Made by a program: the position numbers and the translations under genes. Shown piece by piece: positions 25,875-39,524 of a stretch of 64,000 bases of DNA (position 1 is its first letter; the number at the start of each line of letters is the position of its first letter). The notes beneath the pieces are model-generated. The model worked only from the letters and a program-made list of their open reading frames with translations, was not told the DNA's origin and searched no databases. Origin of the DNA: Felis catus (lineage: Eukaryota); NCBI RefSeq assembly GCF_018350175.1, contig NC_058368.1:226922001-226986000 (forward strand), written 5' to 3'.

Positions 25875-27449
25875 TGAATATAGAGCAACAGAGTAAAAGA
25901 TTTCCCAGTTTTGCCCCGAAGGGACTCTTGATGCAAGAGGGCTTCATCTAGAAGAAAGCCTTTTCTAGAAAGTATAGACTCTCTCCAAGGAGTTTGTGTC
26001 ATTAAAAGTTTTATTTGTGTCAAAACAGATCAATCTTCAATACATAAAGGATGCCAACATGACGAGAAAAATCTATTAACAATGTGTGAGTCTAGGTCTA
26101 GACTATTATATTTATATTCTGCTGCATTATACAGAACCAAATTCCAAACCCAACCAAGTTTAAGGCGTGTCGTTAAGCAAAAGAAAGACTGGGCTATGAA
26201 TGGGGTACATCTAATTCATTTCTATCCAAAAATCTGTACACATAACTTCATTTTTAAATCTAATATCCGTCTCAAACTTAACGCACCAAAAAATCGAACT
26301 CTTGAATTCCTCTGGCAAAAAAAATAGTCCAAAAACTTTACATGCTTTCTCATCTCAGTAAATGAGAGTTCAGAAAATACTTGCAGTGCTAGTCAGAGTC
26401 CTTAAAAAGAGAAGCTCCTTGAGATGCTGAACAAATGCAGATGGGTCCTTTGAGTAGCAGCCCTGGAAACTCAAGGGCAGAGTTTCAGGATTATGCTCAG
26501 TGTTCAGGGGTGTGGCCTTTTCAGACACACATGATGATAGAAGATTTTCCTCTCCAATACACATACAGAAGAAAATTCGCCCAACTCTGCCACCTGGCCA
26601 CGCGCCCTGAGACTGCGTGATTAACGGCACATAAGCAACTCCAGCAATGTTACTGCAGTTGAGAAGACCAGCTTCTGGGCTTTGGTAATTTCCCTTCCAT
26701 TACCATTTCTGTAATTCTCCCAGACAGAGGAAGGAATTCTCCACCCAGAGATATCTTCCTGGCTGACTTGGCCTCCACTTTTTTACGCGTTCTCTCACTG
26801 ATTCTTGCTGGTGGTGAGCAAAGAATGATTTAACGTGGTCCCCTCTACAGCAGACAAAACAGCCACAGCCTCTGTCTGAAAGAGATTAGGATCTAAATAA
26901 ACTTGACGGAAGACGCCTATGTTTCCTCAGGGAGAGGGTCTCTAAGAGAGTGATATTTTCCAGGGGATTCTGGAGTGAGATTGACCAGTTTGCCCTGGAG
27001 GAGGGAGACCTGGGCATAGGGCTCCAGGAAGAGCAATCTGGAAAGAGTAAAGCTCTGTCTGCCCAGAAGTTCAGACTTCTCAAGATTTGTTGATAACCTT
27101 TATCATTTGTTGTTCTGGAAACATCCAGAGGGAGAGAAGAGTAGAAACCATTTCAAAGCCACTTATCCAGGTGAGACAGTCAATTCATGATCTGTGACCC
27201 CACTTTTCCGCAGGAGGTAAAAGACCCCAACAGTCTCACGTTCGTGGCTAAGGTCAGGGCTCTGCAGAGCCTTGCCTCTATCCCTAGGCTGCCCTGCAGT
27301 CATTACAGCTACGGCCCCAGACCTTCCAGGTTGAACAGAAGGCTTGCCTCCCCACAAAGCCACCTGCATCTCATCAGTCAAGGACGCCTGAGCTGACCAC
27401 GCCCTCCCTTAACCCTTGGCCCCTACGCCTTCCTGAACCTAACTCATCT

Positions 27450-29660
27450 TTCTAACCTCCTCTACTTTTGGCTCTGAAATCGTGCCCTCTGGGTCTCTGG
27501 CATCCATCCACAAACTCCTATGTATCTTCAACTTCTCCGAAAATTTCCTTCACTTTCTTGCCCCTCTGACAATACCGATTCTTTCTCGCCCTCTTCAGTG
27601 GATACGGTTCCATGACTGTCTGTGTCTATCAACATAAACTGTTCACCATGGGTGCTCACGTCTTCCAAGGCCTGGGGAAAGTTTCCTCCGTGCTCCGCAC
27701 CGCCGCTCCCAAATCACCTGACTTCTCCTTCTTTCAGACTCCCCATTTCTGGAAGTTCATACCCCCCAGCAAACCTGCCAGTTTGCCACTCAGTAACCCC
27801 CTCTTGGGTCATCATCTACCACATCCTTCATTCTCTGATGGTGCCTTCATCACCCGCATCACTGCCTGTGTTTTCACTCCTACTTCATCATTTTATTTGG
27901 CCTCAACATCTATATAAATGAGCTCCTCATCTCCAGAGACCTTATTCTCTACCTCCCATTAGCGATCTCACAATCTTCTATTGACCTCATCATCTCTCAT
28001 AACCACATTATCGTGAAATCCTCAGTTTCAAGCTTCTTACTCAGCAATAACCACGTTCTGTTATTCCAGCTCATTAGTTAATTCCATCATTTCATCCCTT
28101 TAAACCAAATACAAAACGCATTGACCATTCAACCTTTTCCTTTTTCATATTCATCCGCATGCCTTCCCCTCTCTTTTTACCCAATTTAAACTCCGTGGTC
28201 CCTCGTTATAATCTTCTCCTGGCAAACAGTCTTAACTCCCCTGACCCCTCTCCTTTCATTCATACTAGCCTGGGAAAAAAACCCCCAAACGCTGCTGATT
28301 CCTTCCCTGAACCTGAGCAGCTGAATATTAACTAACGAAACCTTCGAAACTATGCTGTCTGGACTCACTTTAATTTTCTTTTTTTTTTTCAACGTTTATT
28401 TATTTTTGGGACAGAGAGAGACAGAGCATGAACGGGGGAGGGGCAGAGAGAGAGGGAGACACAGAATCGGAAACAGGCTCCAGGCTCTGAGCCATCAGCC
28501 CAGAGCCTGATGCGGGGCTCGAACTCCCGGACCGCGAGATTGTGACCTGGCTAAAGTCGGACGCTTAACCGACTGCGCCACCCAGGTGCCCCTGGACTCA
28601 CTTTAAATTTATTACCACAAATCTCAAGAAGCAGTTCACCATGACTCATCATTCCTACCATCTTTGCCCAAGATACTTACTTTCTCACTTTCCAGGATGG
28701 GTATTTCTCCTTTTCTTCTTCCTCTCTAGCCCCCTGGTGCCATATATTCCCACCCATATCTCTTAGCTGATTACCATACCTCATATTTCACAGAGAAACT
28801 ATAAAACAACGGTCGGAAACTTCCACGTCTCTCCTTCCAAATGGACTAATCTTCCATGATATGTACTTTACTCGTTGCCTTCTCTCTTGTAACAGTGGAA
28901 AGAATAGCTCCACTTCTATCCCAGGCCAATCCCCCACCTCTGCTATGGGTCCAACCATCTCTCACCTTCCCAAGAACTTCATGTCTGCACCATCAATCTT
29001 TGCCTTGTTCCTGAATAAGTCCCATCAATATACAATCAAACCCTAGTATATCTAACCTAAAACCCAGATCCCTTCCTTGTCTTCATATGCCTTTCCGACT
29101 ACCTCCATTTCTACTTACCCATATTCTGCTCCCTCTTAAAGAAAACTTCTCAAGAGATGTGTCCAGTGTCACTGCTTCTAACCCCTCATCCCCACCCTCT
29201 CTTCAATTCACTGCAATACAGCCATCATTTTCGCTACTTCAGTGACATTGCTCTTGTCAAGATCATCAATAATCTCACTGCCCCAGATCCAATGGTTGGT
29301 TGTCCCTCCTCATTTCTTAAAATCTTAGCGTTGCTATCTTAACATCGTAACTTAACGTTTCAGCAACGATTCATCACAGCGGACTCACTCTTTTGCCTCT
29401 GGAGTGCTTCCCTTTAACTTCATAACATCATACTCCCGTAATTTCCTGCTTTTCCTTCTACCAGAAAAGTGTCTTCCCTTTTAGTCTCCTTTGATGAGTT
29501 CTTCTCCTCTGAAAGATCTAGAGATGTTGCATCGGCCTAGGTCCTTGTTCTGGAAATTTCGTCGTCCATCTACCTTGTCCATATAGGTAATGTAATTTCC
29601 TTTCATTGCTCACAATGCCATCTATATGTTAGGGAGTCCCAAGTTGAGCATTGTATGCAT
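27450..29660 (+). mobile_element. Long L2 ORF2 fragment (about 2 kb, sense strand)
   Basis: Pyrimidine-rich; ctcttgtcaagatcatcaataatctc, ccagatccaatggt and ccatctatatg (decayed YADD region) are L2 motifs. Confidence 0.8.
28374..28592 (-). mobile_element. Young felid Can-SINE in L2
   Basis: TSD tggactcactttaa at 28360-28373 and 28593-28606. Confidence 0.97.
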
Positions 29661-29665
29661 TTTTT

Positions 29666-29900
29666 CCTGGGTGGCTCAGTCAGCTAAGTGTCCTCCTTTG
29701 GCTCAGGTCATGATCTCACAGTTCATGAGTTTGAGCCCTGCATCAGGCTCTGTGCTGACAGCTCAGAGCCTGGAGCCTGCTTCAGATTCTGTGTCTCCTT
29801 CTCTCTGCCCTTACCCTGCTTGCGCTATGTCTCTCCCTCTCTCAAAAATAAATAAACATTAAAAAAAATTTTTAAAGAACAAAAAAATAAATAAATAAAA
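29666..29900 (+). mobile_element. Can-SINE, missing the first few bases
   Basis: Begins cctgggtggctcagtc; long A-rich tail. Confidence 0.93.
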
Positions 29901-30191
29901 TGTCTGTACACAATGGTAAACGAATACAGAGGTAACAAATTCACGTGGGCCATGAAGAATCTTGTCTCTTACTCACTTCTCAAGAATGCCAAGTGGAATA
30001 ATATAATGAGAATAATTAACAATCCAATGCGTATATTTTCCACCAACTCAGGATTATTAATCAAGAACATCTTTGATACTCTATGTGATAATGTATATGA
30101 TACTGTGTACATATGTGTTTGTGTGTGTGTGAGTTTGTTTCCTCATTTAATGTTCATAGCTTTAATCAGATTCTCTTTAAAAGTTGGGGTA

Positions 30192-30412
30192 GGGGCGCCT
30201 GGGTGGCGCAGTCGGTTAAGTGTCCGACTTCAGCCAGGTCACGATCTCGCGGTCCATGAGTTCGAGCCCCGCGTCGGGCTCTGGGCTGATGGCTCAGAGC
30301 CTGGAGCCTGTTTCCGATTCTGTGTCTCCCTCTCTCTCTGCCCCTCGCCCGTTCATGCTCTGTCTCTCTCTGTCCCAAAAATAAATAAACGTTGAAAAAA
30401 AAATTAAAAAAA
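30192..30412 (+). mobile_element. Young felid Can-SINE
   Basis: TSD aaaagttggggta at 30179-30191 and 30413-30425. Confidence 0.97.
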
Positions 30413-31259
30413 AAAAGTTGGGGTAAGCTTGTTTTCTGAAGCAAATAGTTTAACAACTCTTATTGATATGAGCTGATGCCATTTTGTGGCCACTGTTTAT
30501 ACTACGTAAAAATTTCCTGAGTCAATCCACCAGATGTAAAGTCTACTATGTGTGGTTTAGTGCCTATATTTCATTTTTATGTGCCTATAACCATAATTAT
30601 CATTAATTATGTAAACTGGATTAAAGGCAAACAGTTACATTACTACTTAGCTAATATCATTCCGATGCATTGAAAACCATTGATTCTGAATGTCGATCTT
30701 ATATCTGGACACATTACATTTTTTAAATTTGTTCTTATATATTTTCAATAATAGGCAATTCGTTTGTTGGTAAGAAATATGTCTTGCTGATGTTTTTGTC
30801 CAAAGTCATTTTAAGACTTCAGATAAATGCATTAAGGCACTTGCAAAATATTTCCTAAAATCAGAAAAATTGAACTTAATACAATGACATCATTCTTGCT
30901 CATAATTGGAATTCATTTTTTAATTTGATAATGGCCCACTTTGGCAATGGTGCAAAGAGTCTTCTATAATTTTCATGGGAATGTAATTTGATCTAAAGTT
31001 TTGTGAGGGCAATATAGCAGAGTGAGTCAATATTTAATTGCATAACCCCTTTTTAAAATTATACTTAAAGGTGTCTTTCACATAGACATTCCGACAGATG
31101 TACATTAAATGATATATACATTTCATGAAGGACATGACCCCCAAACAGAGACTTGAAGGACAATGAATAAAATTTTGCAGGCTAAGAAGACCTAAATAAA
31201 TAAATAAATAAATAGGTTTCATCTGCTTTGTTTTTCATTCGGATGAATTAGCGTGTTTA

Positions 31260-31477
31260 TTTTTTTTTTTAATTTTTTTCAACGTTTTTATTTATTTTTG
31301 GGACAGAGAGAGACAGAGCATGAACGGGGGAGGGGCAGAGAGAGAGGGAGACACAGAATCGGAAACAGGCTCCGAGCCATCAGCCCAGAGCCCGACGCGG
31401 GGCTCGAACTCACGGACCGCGAGATCGTGACCTGGCTGAAGTCGGACACTTAACCGACTGCGCCACCCAGGCGCCCC
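31260..31477 (-). mobile_element. Young felid Can-SINE with a 7-bp internal deletion
   Basis: TSD gaattagcgtgttta at 31245-31259 and 31478-31492; has one caggctc unit instead of two. Confidence 0.97.
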
Positions 31478-31567
31478 GAATTAGCGTGTTTAAAAGCTTG
31501 GAAAATCTAAAAAGAACTGTGAAAGCTAAGGAACGTGATAAGTTTGGTTAAAAAAAATCAAAAAGCA

Positions 31568-31770
31568 GCAGCACCTGGGTGCCTCAGTCGGTTGAGTGAC
31601 TCCTAGTTTAGGCCAGGTCGTGATTTCATGGTTCACGGGTTTGAGCCCCGCATAGGGCTCCTCACTGAGAGTGCAGGGCCTGCTTGGGATTCTGTCTCTC
31701 TCCCTCTCTCTGCCCCTTCCCCTCCGCCTCCCTTTCTCTCAAAATAAATAAATAAATATTAAATTTTTTT
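31568..31770 (+). mobile_element. Older Can-SINE
   Basis: TSD aatcaaaaagca at 31556-31567 and 31771-31782. Confidence 0.92.
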
Positions 31771-31810
31771 AATCAAAAAGCAAATGAATAACTTATTACT
31801 GGTCCTAAAT

Positions 31811-31814
<4 letters not shown>

Positions 31815-31850
<36 letters not shown>
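31815..31850. repeat. (CA)n microsatellite
   Basis: Pure CA run. Confidence 0.97.
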
Positions 31851-31851
<1 letters not shown>

Positions 31852-31969
31852 CATTCTATTTGTTAAAATAGCCACAAACTGACCCAGATTCAAGGGAATA
31901 AGATAAAGGTGTATTTCTAAATTGGATGAAATGTCAAAGAATTTGGGGTCCTGTTTTAAAATCACCACA
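31851..31969 (-). mobile_element. MaLR LTR 5' fragment (MLT1F/G-like)
   Basis: Reverse strand begins tgtggtgattttaaaa...aaattctttgaca...ccttgaatctggg. Confidence 0.65.
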
Positions 31970-33002
31970 GTACCTGCCCTTGTTCTTCCAGCAGAAGAAA
32001 CAGACAAAACAAATAAAACAAAATATATCCCCAGTAGTTCATTTAATCCTCCAACAGCCCTGTGCTTCGCATTTTACAGATGTGGAAATAGTTCAGAGAA
32101 ATTAGTTAACTGGTAAAATGTCACAAGGCCTATAAATAAAAGCTACCATCATTCTATTCTTGAAAGGGGGCGGGGGGGGGGTGTATGCCAGGACACAGTT
32201 CAAATCAACTTAGACAAAAAGGGGTGCGGATTGGCTCCCGCCATTGGGAAGGACCAGGCAGGGTTGCAGGTGATAGGAATCAGGGACCGTGGGTCACCCC
32301 TGCAGCTGGCTTCTGCTTCATACTGACCATCGGCTTTATTATCTCCTGCAATAGACTGCTAGCGGCTCCTGGACATACCCCTTAGTTCTGCCACCGGGAG
32401 CAAGGGCTAGTTTCCTGTATGTCACAATCGGAAAATCCTAAAGGAGAGACTGGCCAGGTTTGCGTCTGTTGCCCTCCTTTCTTTCTGCAGCAGAAAAGGG
32501 GTAGTTTGGCAGACAGGGTATTATCACCGGCCAGAGTGAGCCATTCCTCTAAAATAACCGAGTGGTCCTCAAAAAGGAAAGGAGGCTGGACAGGATGACG
32601 CTTCTTTCCATCCAACTATAGCAGGAACGCCATAAGCTGCTTGCACAAAATTTTCTTCTAAAGGCTTTGGGGCTTTGTATTTTAAGGCATTTCCTTTACT
32701 GCATCTGCGAAGAGTCGCGCCAGAGAACTTTCAAAAGGAAGCTTTTTGCTACATATGGGTCTTTTTATTGAAAACAAAATATTTGCATAGAGCATAGAAC
32801 ATCATAATGGTGCAGCACTGTTGGGACTTCTTTTGTGGATGGCAGAGTTTGGCAGTAGTTAGCAGCTGCTATGGCATTAATTACATATTGTCTTTTGGTT
32901 CTGGTGTTTATTGGAACGTGGAGAGTGTTGAGAACCTTGTACAATCACCGCTAATTTCTTCTACAATACACCTTTAATATCATGAAGATTGAATCTGGTC
33001 TT

Positions 33003-33072
33003 TCTGTCTGCTCCTACTCTGCTCGTGCTCTCTCTCTCTCTCTCTCAAAATAAACAAATAAACTTAAAAGAA
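33003..33072 (+). mobile_element. Can-SINE 3' fragment
   Basis: ctgctcgtgctctc(tc)n aaaataaacaaataaactt. Confidence 0.8.
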
Positions 33073-33324
33073 TTAAGATATTGAGTAAATGGTGTTATTT
33101 TTGTTCAGTGTCAATACATAACCCTCAAATAATCCTCAAATAATTGGTTTACTAGAGGACTCTAGTTTTAATATCCTGGACAAGTAAAAGTTTTCTTTAC
33201 TTTTATCAAAATACAATTAATATTCTTTTTGTCATGAAAATTATATTGTCAGTTAAAGAAATATCCTTTTTTTAGAAAGTCTTAGGAATTAATTAAAAAT
33301 TAAGTCCTTCCAAAATAAATAAAT

Positions 33325-33390
33325 ATAGATAGATAGATAGATAGATAGATGATAGATAGATGATAGATGATAGACAGATGGATGATACAT

Positions 33391-33436
<46 letters not shown>

Positions 33437-33525
33437 GATAGATAGTTGATAGATAGATGATAGATGATAGATAGATAGATGATAGATAGATGGATGATAG
33501 ATGATAGATAGATAGGTAGATAGAT

Positions 33526-33564
<39 letters not shown>

Positions 33565-33701
33565 GATAGATAGATGATAGATAGATGATGATAGATAGAT
33601 AGATGATAGATGATGATGATAGATAGATAGATAGATAGATAGATTGATAGATGATAGGTAGATAGATAGATAGATGATAGATAGATAGTTGATAGATAGA
33701 T

Positions 33702-33736
<35 letters not shown>

Positions 33737-33758
33737 GATAGATGATAGATAGATAGAT

Positions 33759-33799
<41 letters not shown>

Positions 33800-33834
33800 T
33801 TGATAGATGATAGATAGATAGATGATAGATAGAT

Positions 33835-33877
<43 letters not shown>

Positions 33878-33904
33878 GATAGATAGATGATAGATAGATA
33901 GATA
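33325..33904. repeat. Compound (GATA)n/(GAT) tetranucleotide array, about 580 bp
   Basis: Directly visible. Confidence 0.98.
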
Positions 33905-34612
33905 AAAAAGAAATCCTACTACATAACAAGTAAATGTCTTATCAAGGACAAAAATAGTGGAAACCTTTATGTAGAACATAGAGTGCAATGTTTGCTCCAC
34001 AGGCTTTTTATTGACCAATTTTGACTGAGGTACACATTTGATGCTACAGGTCAGAAACAGCGCATTTCAGACACTCTCCAAGGACTTGAGAAGACCCATA
34101 TAGCGTGAAGCAAGGCAGGATTCTATGCCATGTGCCTTCATTAATTCAATTTCATGCGTTCGTTATGTCTTGAGTAACTACTATGCAAATGTGCTTAATC
34201 CATTTCTTTTTTGTTCTGTTGGATCTTATACCCCTTTTAACTTTCACAGGCCAATTTTTCTCCAAAAAACCCTCATTTTCTCAGCCAAAAGATTGTGTCA
34301 GTGTAGACCCACAGGCAGAGCTCTGCTCTCAGTGGCCATGATTCTCTTGAGAAGTTCATATCTAAAACCAAGGAAAAGATTTAATGAAGGATCTAGAATC
34401 AATCAGATAATAACTCCTGAGTGCTCATTCTGAGGTGTTTATAACCTTGTAGGATCACCACTAAAACATGAGCTTGGCAAAATAAATAAAAGACATCAGG
34501 CAAAATTGTTCCAATTACCCATTTTGCATTAGCTCTGGATGATTGACCTTGGTGGTTATGATGCCTTCTTCTCTTGGGATTTGATCCCTGTCCCAACCTA
34601 ACGGCCAACTCC

Positions 34613-34656
34613 TTCTTTTCTTTTCTTTTCTTTTCTTTTCTTTTCTTTTCTTTTCT
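34613..34656. repeat. (TTTTC)n microsatellite
   Basis: Directly visible. Confidence 0.95.
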
Positions 34657-35339
34657 GGACACCTGCTTAATTTCCTAGCCAGGGTTAGTAATCCCCACTG
34701 GCCTCACTTCTCCATCAACTTCCCCTGGGCACATGACTCCACTTCAGAGGTATTGAAAGATCTGTCTCTTCCAATGTTCGGTGTTTCCCCAGTACTACCT
34801 CTGATTACTTTCTCTGCCAATGTGCCTATTTGTTCCCACTCAGAATCCAAGTAGTGACACAATCCTAATTATTTTCAGATGATCTTTAATGATGTCATTT
34901 TATTTGAGTACATGGCAAAGAATAAAAGAGAACCATCATATACCCATGCTCGAAATAAGTACCTAATGTGAATAAACTCCCAAATCCCTTTAACTAAAAA
35001 TTATATGTTATTTACTGCTATTTTCAATAGTACAAACTTCCCATTCTGTCCTTCACCCAAAGGAGACATTTTCAAAATAGTAGACCTGTGTTTGAGTCAG
35101 CCAAAAATTCTCTGGAAACGAACCATTGAGCCATATGTCATATATTAGATATTTCAGGTACCAAGATCTTGCCTCATGAGGACATTATTGTCTTGTGGAA
35201 TTCAGTCATTTCCCATTCATGATGAGTTTCCTTTTAAAGAAGTGATTTGCTGTGCAATTATGATTTGTTGAATTAATATAACTATAGCCCTTTATTCAAA
35301 TCTAATCCCTAACCAAAATTTGAATTATTAAATCATTAG

Positions 35340-36160
35340 TAGTGTGGTTTCATTAGACATGTACCACTTGCTATAAAAGTTTAAAAGTCTCTTAACTGTC
35401 ATTATTATTCAACATTGTGTTTCCTACCAGTGCACTAAAGCAAAGGGGGAAAAGGTATTATTATTGGAAAGTAATTATTATTTGCAAATGATATGATTTA
35501 TCCATCCAGAAATCCCAGAAAAAATGAAAAACTGTTGGAGCCCCTAAGACCTATTAAGAATTATGTGTCTAATATAAGATAAAAATAACAAATTAATAGC
35601 TTTCTTTTATAGTCACAATAATACGTTTGATAATATAAAGAAGACAAATCCATTTATATTAATATTTCACATAAGATGTGTAGAAATTAACTTTATGAGA
35701 AATATGCAAGCTTGATATAAAGAAAGAATTTTAAAAACTTTATGGAAGGTCATAAAAGCAAAATTGAAAAGATAGGAAAACATATCATTTTCCAACCCAG
35801 ATAATCTTAGTAATATAAACTTTCCAACTCATCAAAAATGCATTCTGGGGCACCTGGTGGCTCATTCGGTTAAGCGTCCCACTTTGGCTCATACCATGAT
35901 CTCACAGTTCATGGGTTTGAAACCCACATCGGGCTCTGTGCTGACAGCTCAGAGCCTGGAGCCTGCTTCGGAATATGTGTCTCCGTCTCTCTGTCCCTCC
36001 CCCGCTCATGCTCTGTCTCTCTTTCTCTCTCAAAAATAAAAAAACATTAAAAAAATTTTTTTAATGCGTTCTACATATTTAATACAATATCAAAGTTCCA
36101 AAGGGTTTGTTCCATTGGCAAATTGACCTTAAATTTCATCAGAAAGATTTAATGCTCAGA
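35340..36160 (+). mobile_element. Old L1 ORF2 RT-region fragment
   Basis: tattcaacattgt and ttatttgcaaatgatatgatt...agaaatcc are decayed LFNIV and LFADDMI...ENP motifs. Confidence 0.75.
35847..36062 (+). mobile_element. Can-SINE in L1
   Basis: SINE body; TSD aatgc(a/g)ttct. Confidence 0.94.
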
Positions 36161-36458
36161 GTCAATGGTAACCGTAAGTAAATTGGTCCGGGAACATGAG
36201 GGCAGGATTATTAGATTTTAATGGCTGCACGTAGCCCTTTATGTAATAATTATATAAGGGAAAATGTAAATATTGCCATGAGACGTTTGGGAATATAGAG
36301 AGAACAGATGTTTAAACCTAACTTCACCTTTGTTTCTTCTCAACTTTCATCCCTTCTGTTCCTCTAAGTAATCAATTAGTCAATTGTCAATGACATCTTC
36401 TAGCTTTCATACTCAACACTGCACATTGCTACACCAGCCTCTTTGTAAGTTTCTGTCT

Positions 36459-36526
36459 TTAGTGCTTAGTGCTTAGTGCTTTAGTGCTTAGTGCTTAGTG
36501 CTTTAGTGCTTTAGTGTCCTTAGTGC
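36459..36526. repeat. (TTAGTGC)n tandem repeat, 9 units
   Basis: Directly visible 7- and 8-bp units. Confidence 0.95.
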
Positions 36527-36664
36527 TCCAGAACATTCAAAATACCGCTTTTGTAAACTTGCACAAGAGCACCCAAACTTGCCAACACCTGCAGTCGACT
36601 ACCAAATCAAATTTAAATGCCTAAATACATAGCTTTTATGTATTACACCCATGAAGTCAGAGAG

Positions 36665-36780
36665 ACTCCCCACTAACAGTACAATCTTGGGTGTATTTCT
36701 AAAACCTCACTAAGTTTCATTTCCTCCTCCTTAATGGACATTATAATATTATGTCATAGGGTTCTTGTGACAATTCAATG
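36665..36780 (+). mobile_element. MIR fragment; a probable continuation lies at about 38290-38370
   Basis: aatcttggg...aacctc...tttcctc...tcatagggttcttgtgacaatt; tail taaagcgctcagcaca...ggcatagt. Confidence 0.6.
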
Positions 36781-37409
36781 TGCCTGGATTATCAATTAAG
36801 AGATCAGTTTAGGGTTTATGCTCATAGACACAGAACACTTAGAGAAATGAATAAAAGATAGTCTTCTGTCATCCCAAGAAGTTGGACAGACATTGTGTTT
36901 TGAGTTTTGACTTTCTTACCTCAAGATTTGAATCAGAGGTGACAACAGAAATTTCCAAGCACTCCTAACATCCCAGGCCCCTGGATGGCCTCAGATCTCA
37001 GTGGGGAGAAGTAGACCGGTATAGAAATGAGAGATTTTGAGAGCCCTTCTATAAACTCAGAAGGTGGTTAACTGGAACATTACAGGTTGATGAAGAGTGG
37101 AACTAGTCTCTGGGTTTTCCAGGTGTCTAGAGGAAGCCTTAGAATCTTAAATAAGAAAAGCTGTTGGATGCTTTTACCTTCACAAAGACTCTTATGTTCA
37201 CGATTGACAGAGCTACTCGCCTTCAAGAATCTCCTGACTTAAAAACCAAGCATATCAAGGTGAACTCGAGGCCTGCCGCCCTATCTCTGAATGTTCTGGC
37301 CTTGGATTCAGGCGTGGTCTGAGGGAGAGGAACAGTCCCCAGTAAATACAACGGAGAGAGAATTGCCCGTCAGCGGAGTGAACAGGAATGGGAAACTAAA
37401 TTGGGATTT

Positions 37410-38215
37410 CTGGTACCAAATCCAAAGAATTCTCAGACACCAGCTGCTTGTGTCCTACAGCTCAACTCAGTTCTGACACCCTACCTGATACAGCATCAGA
37501 TTCCATAGGTCAAGGGTTCAGTGCTCCACGACTGCCCACCCCCCACTTCAAACTCTAGTGGCAAAGCCCAAATTGTCACCTCTCCCTCTGACCAACCCGC
37601 TACAAACCGAAGATCCCAACTCCCTCTTTGGACTTCAGGCACAATTCAAGTCCAAGCTGTTACCTATACTTCTGACCCACTGGCTAATAAACCAAAGGTT
37701 CCCAAGACTCCCTTCTCAGGCTTGGTTAATCTGCTAGAGGAGCTCACAGGACTCAGAGAAACATTTTGCTTACTAGATTATCAATTTATTATAAGAAAGG
37801 ACGGAACTTCCATGCCCCCTCCAGGGATCGCTCTAGATGCACCTCCAGGTGTCGCCCAACCTGGAAGCTCTCCAGACCTTGTCCTGTTGGGTTTGTATGG
37901 AAGTTCCAGTACACAGGCTTGACTGATTAAATCATTGGCGGTTGGCAATTGATTCAACCTCTAGTATTTCCCCTCCCCCTGGAGGTCAGGGGAGCAGAAC
38001 CGAAGGTTCCAACCCTCTAATCACGTGGTTGGTCCCCATTTCAAACGGCCCACTGTTCCTTAGGTGGGGTCCAAAATCACCTCATGAGCAGAGTAAAAGA
38101 CACTGTTATCCCTCTCATCACTCACTTGGGAATTCTAAGGGTTTTCAGAATCCTGTACTGGAAATGGAGTTGAAAACTAAATTTACATTTCTAACTGTAA
38201 GTTCCAATGATCACA
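37410..38215 (-). mobile_element. Solo LTR, MER21-like
   Basis: Reverse strand starts tgtgat...aaaacccttagaatt and ends gtgtcagaactgagttgagctgtaggacac..agctggtgtc; internal aatctgctagaggagctcacaggactcagagaaac. Confidence 0.75.
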
Positions 38216-39524
38216 CTAACAAATTTTTTTTTTTAATGTCGACTTTCTTACATCAGAATGGTATGCACTAAAGCTCTGTGCGTGTTACATAAAAAAGATC
38301 ATGAAAATAAAGCGCTCAGCACAATAATAGGCATAGTTACGTACCTAAGACATGTCGGTAGTTATTATCCTATTTTATAATACATGTTTCATTTGCAACA
38401 TGTCTTCACTCAGTACCAAGCAAGCCATAGTCTGTTTCCCACCCTATAGGGCACCGCTGTTCCAGACAGGCTGCTCCTTTGTAGCTGTCGCACATGTTTA
38501 GTCACCAGTGTCTTTGTCGTTGTGGATTTCCACCTAGAGTGATAAGCCGCCCTCTCACTGATGTTCTGCTTGCACCCATCCTTTATAGCCCCACTGGAAA
38601 TAAACTTCCTTGTATAATGCTTGATACAGTCGCATCTCTAGTTTATTGATATCTATAGTTATTTATTATCTAGGATCATTTTAAGTATTTCTATAGTATA
38701 TGACCATGCCCCACCCTTATCCCTTCATTTCTCAACGTCTCCTTACACACTTATGCCTTTATATTACAAGAACCTATGACCATCTGAAAGCTTCCTCTGG
38801 TCAACCGCGCATGGTCACCAGCATAAGTGTGGAGCAGGAGGGAGTGCCAGAATGCCCCAGAAACAAAGAAATCCTCAACCACCAGTGACATATGGGAGCG
38901 GGAGTATAAACACTTCCGATCTCTCACTGTATTGTGTGGGATGACTCAACCCATTTACAATCTGAGAAGTCCAGCGGGATTTATCTCAGTCTACTCCAGC
39001 AATAACCTGCTCATGAAGGCACTCTTTACTGATATGTTTCCTTTCCCTACCTTGCATCCCTCTCTTCTAGAAGTGCTTCCTGACATCATTTCCCCGTGAC
39101 CTACCTTCATCTAAATTCTTGTCTACAGGCCTGTTCACTGGGGACACAATAGAAATAATAGCAGTCGCATTTTCTTACACGCTGCCTTAGAAATAGTGAC
39201 TTCCCTTCCTTAATTATTACTGTGCCTTCTAAATGAAAAATCAAAGACCTCAAATGGAGGATAAAATATTCATTTAGCAAGAAAGTATTGCAGATACGTG
39301 AAGTTGCCAGATGCACTACCCACAGCTGTGATGAGCTTGAGATCTTCAGCAAATAAAAGTTTTGAATTTTCCCTGTATAAAATATTAATAGGTAAATTGC
39401 TGAGATTTTCTATTATTACCTAGGGCCCTCCAGTGGCAGGACATTTGTGTGCTGCATAATGTTGGGTCACGATTATTTTAAAGTATTATTGAAATGTATC
39501 AAAAACAAAATTCATGTCTTTTAT

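Noticed and set aside
30430..31030. AT-rich stretch suspected to be a decayed transposase
   Set aside because: No convincing motif in the frames I translated; needs a Dfam search
33293..34018. 241-aa and 209-aa ORFs rich in IYLS
   Set aside because: Translation of the (TATC)n strand of the GATA array
36459..36526. Interstitial telomere or CRISPR-like array
   Set aside because: Unit is TTAGTGC rather than TTAGGG, there are no spacers, and the context is mammalian
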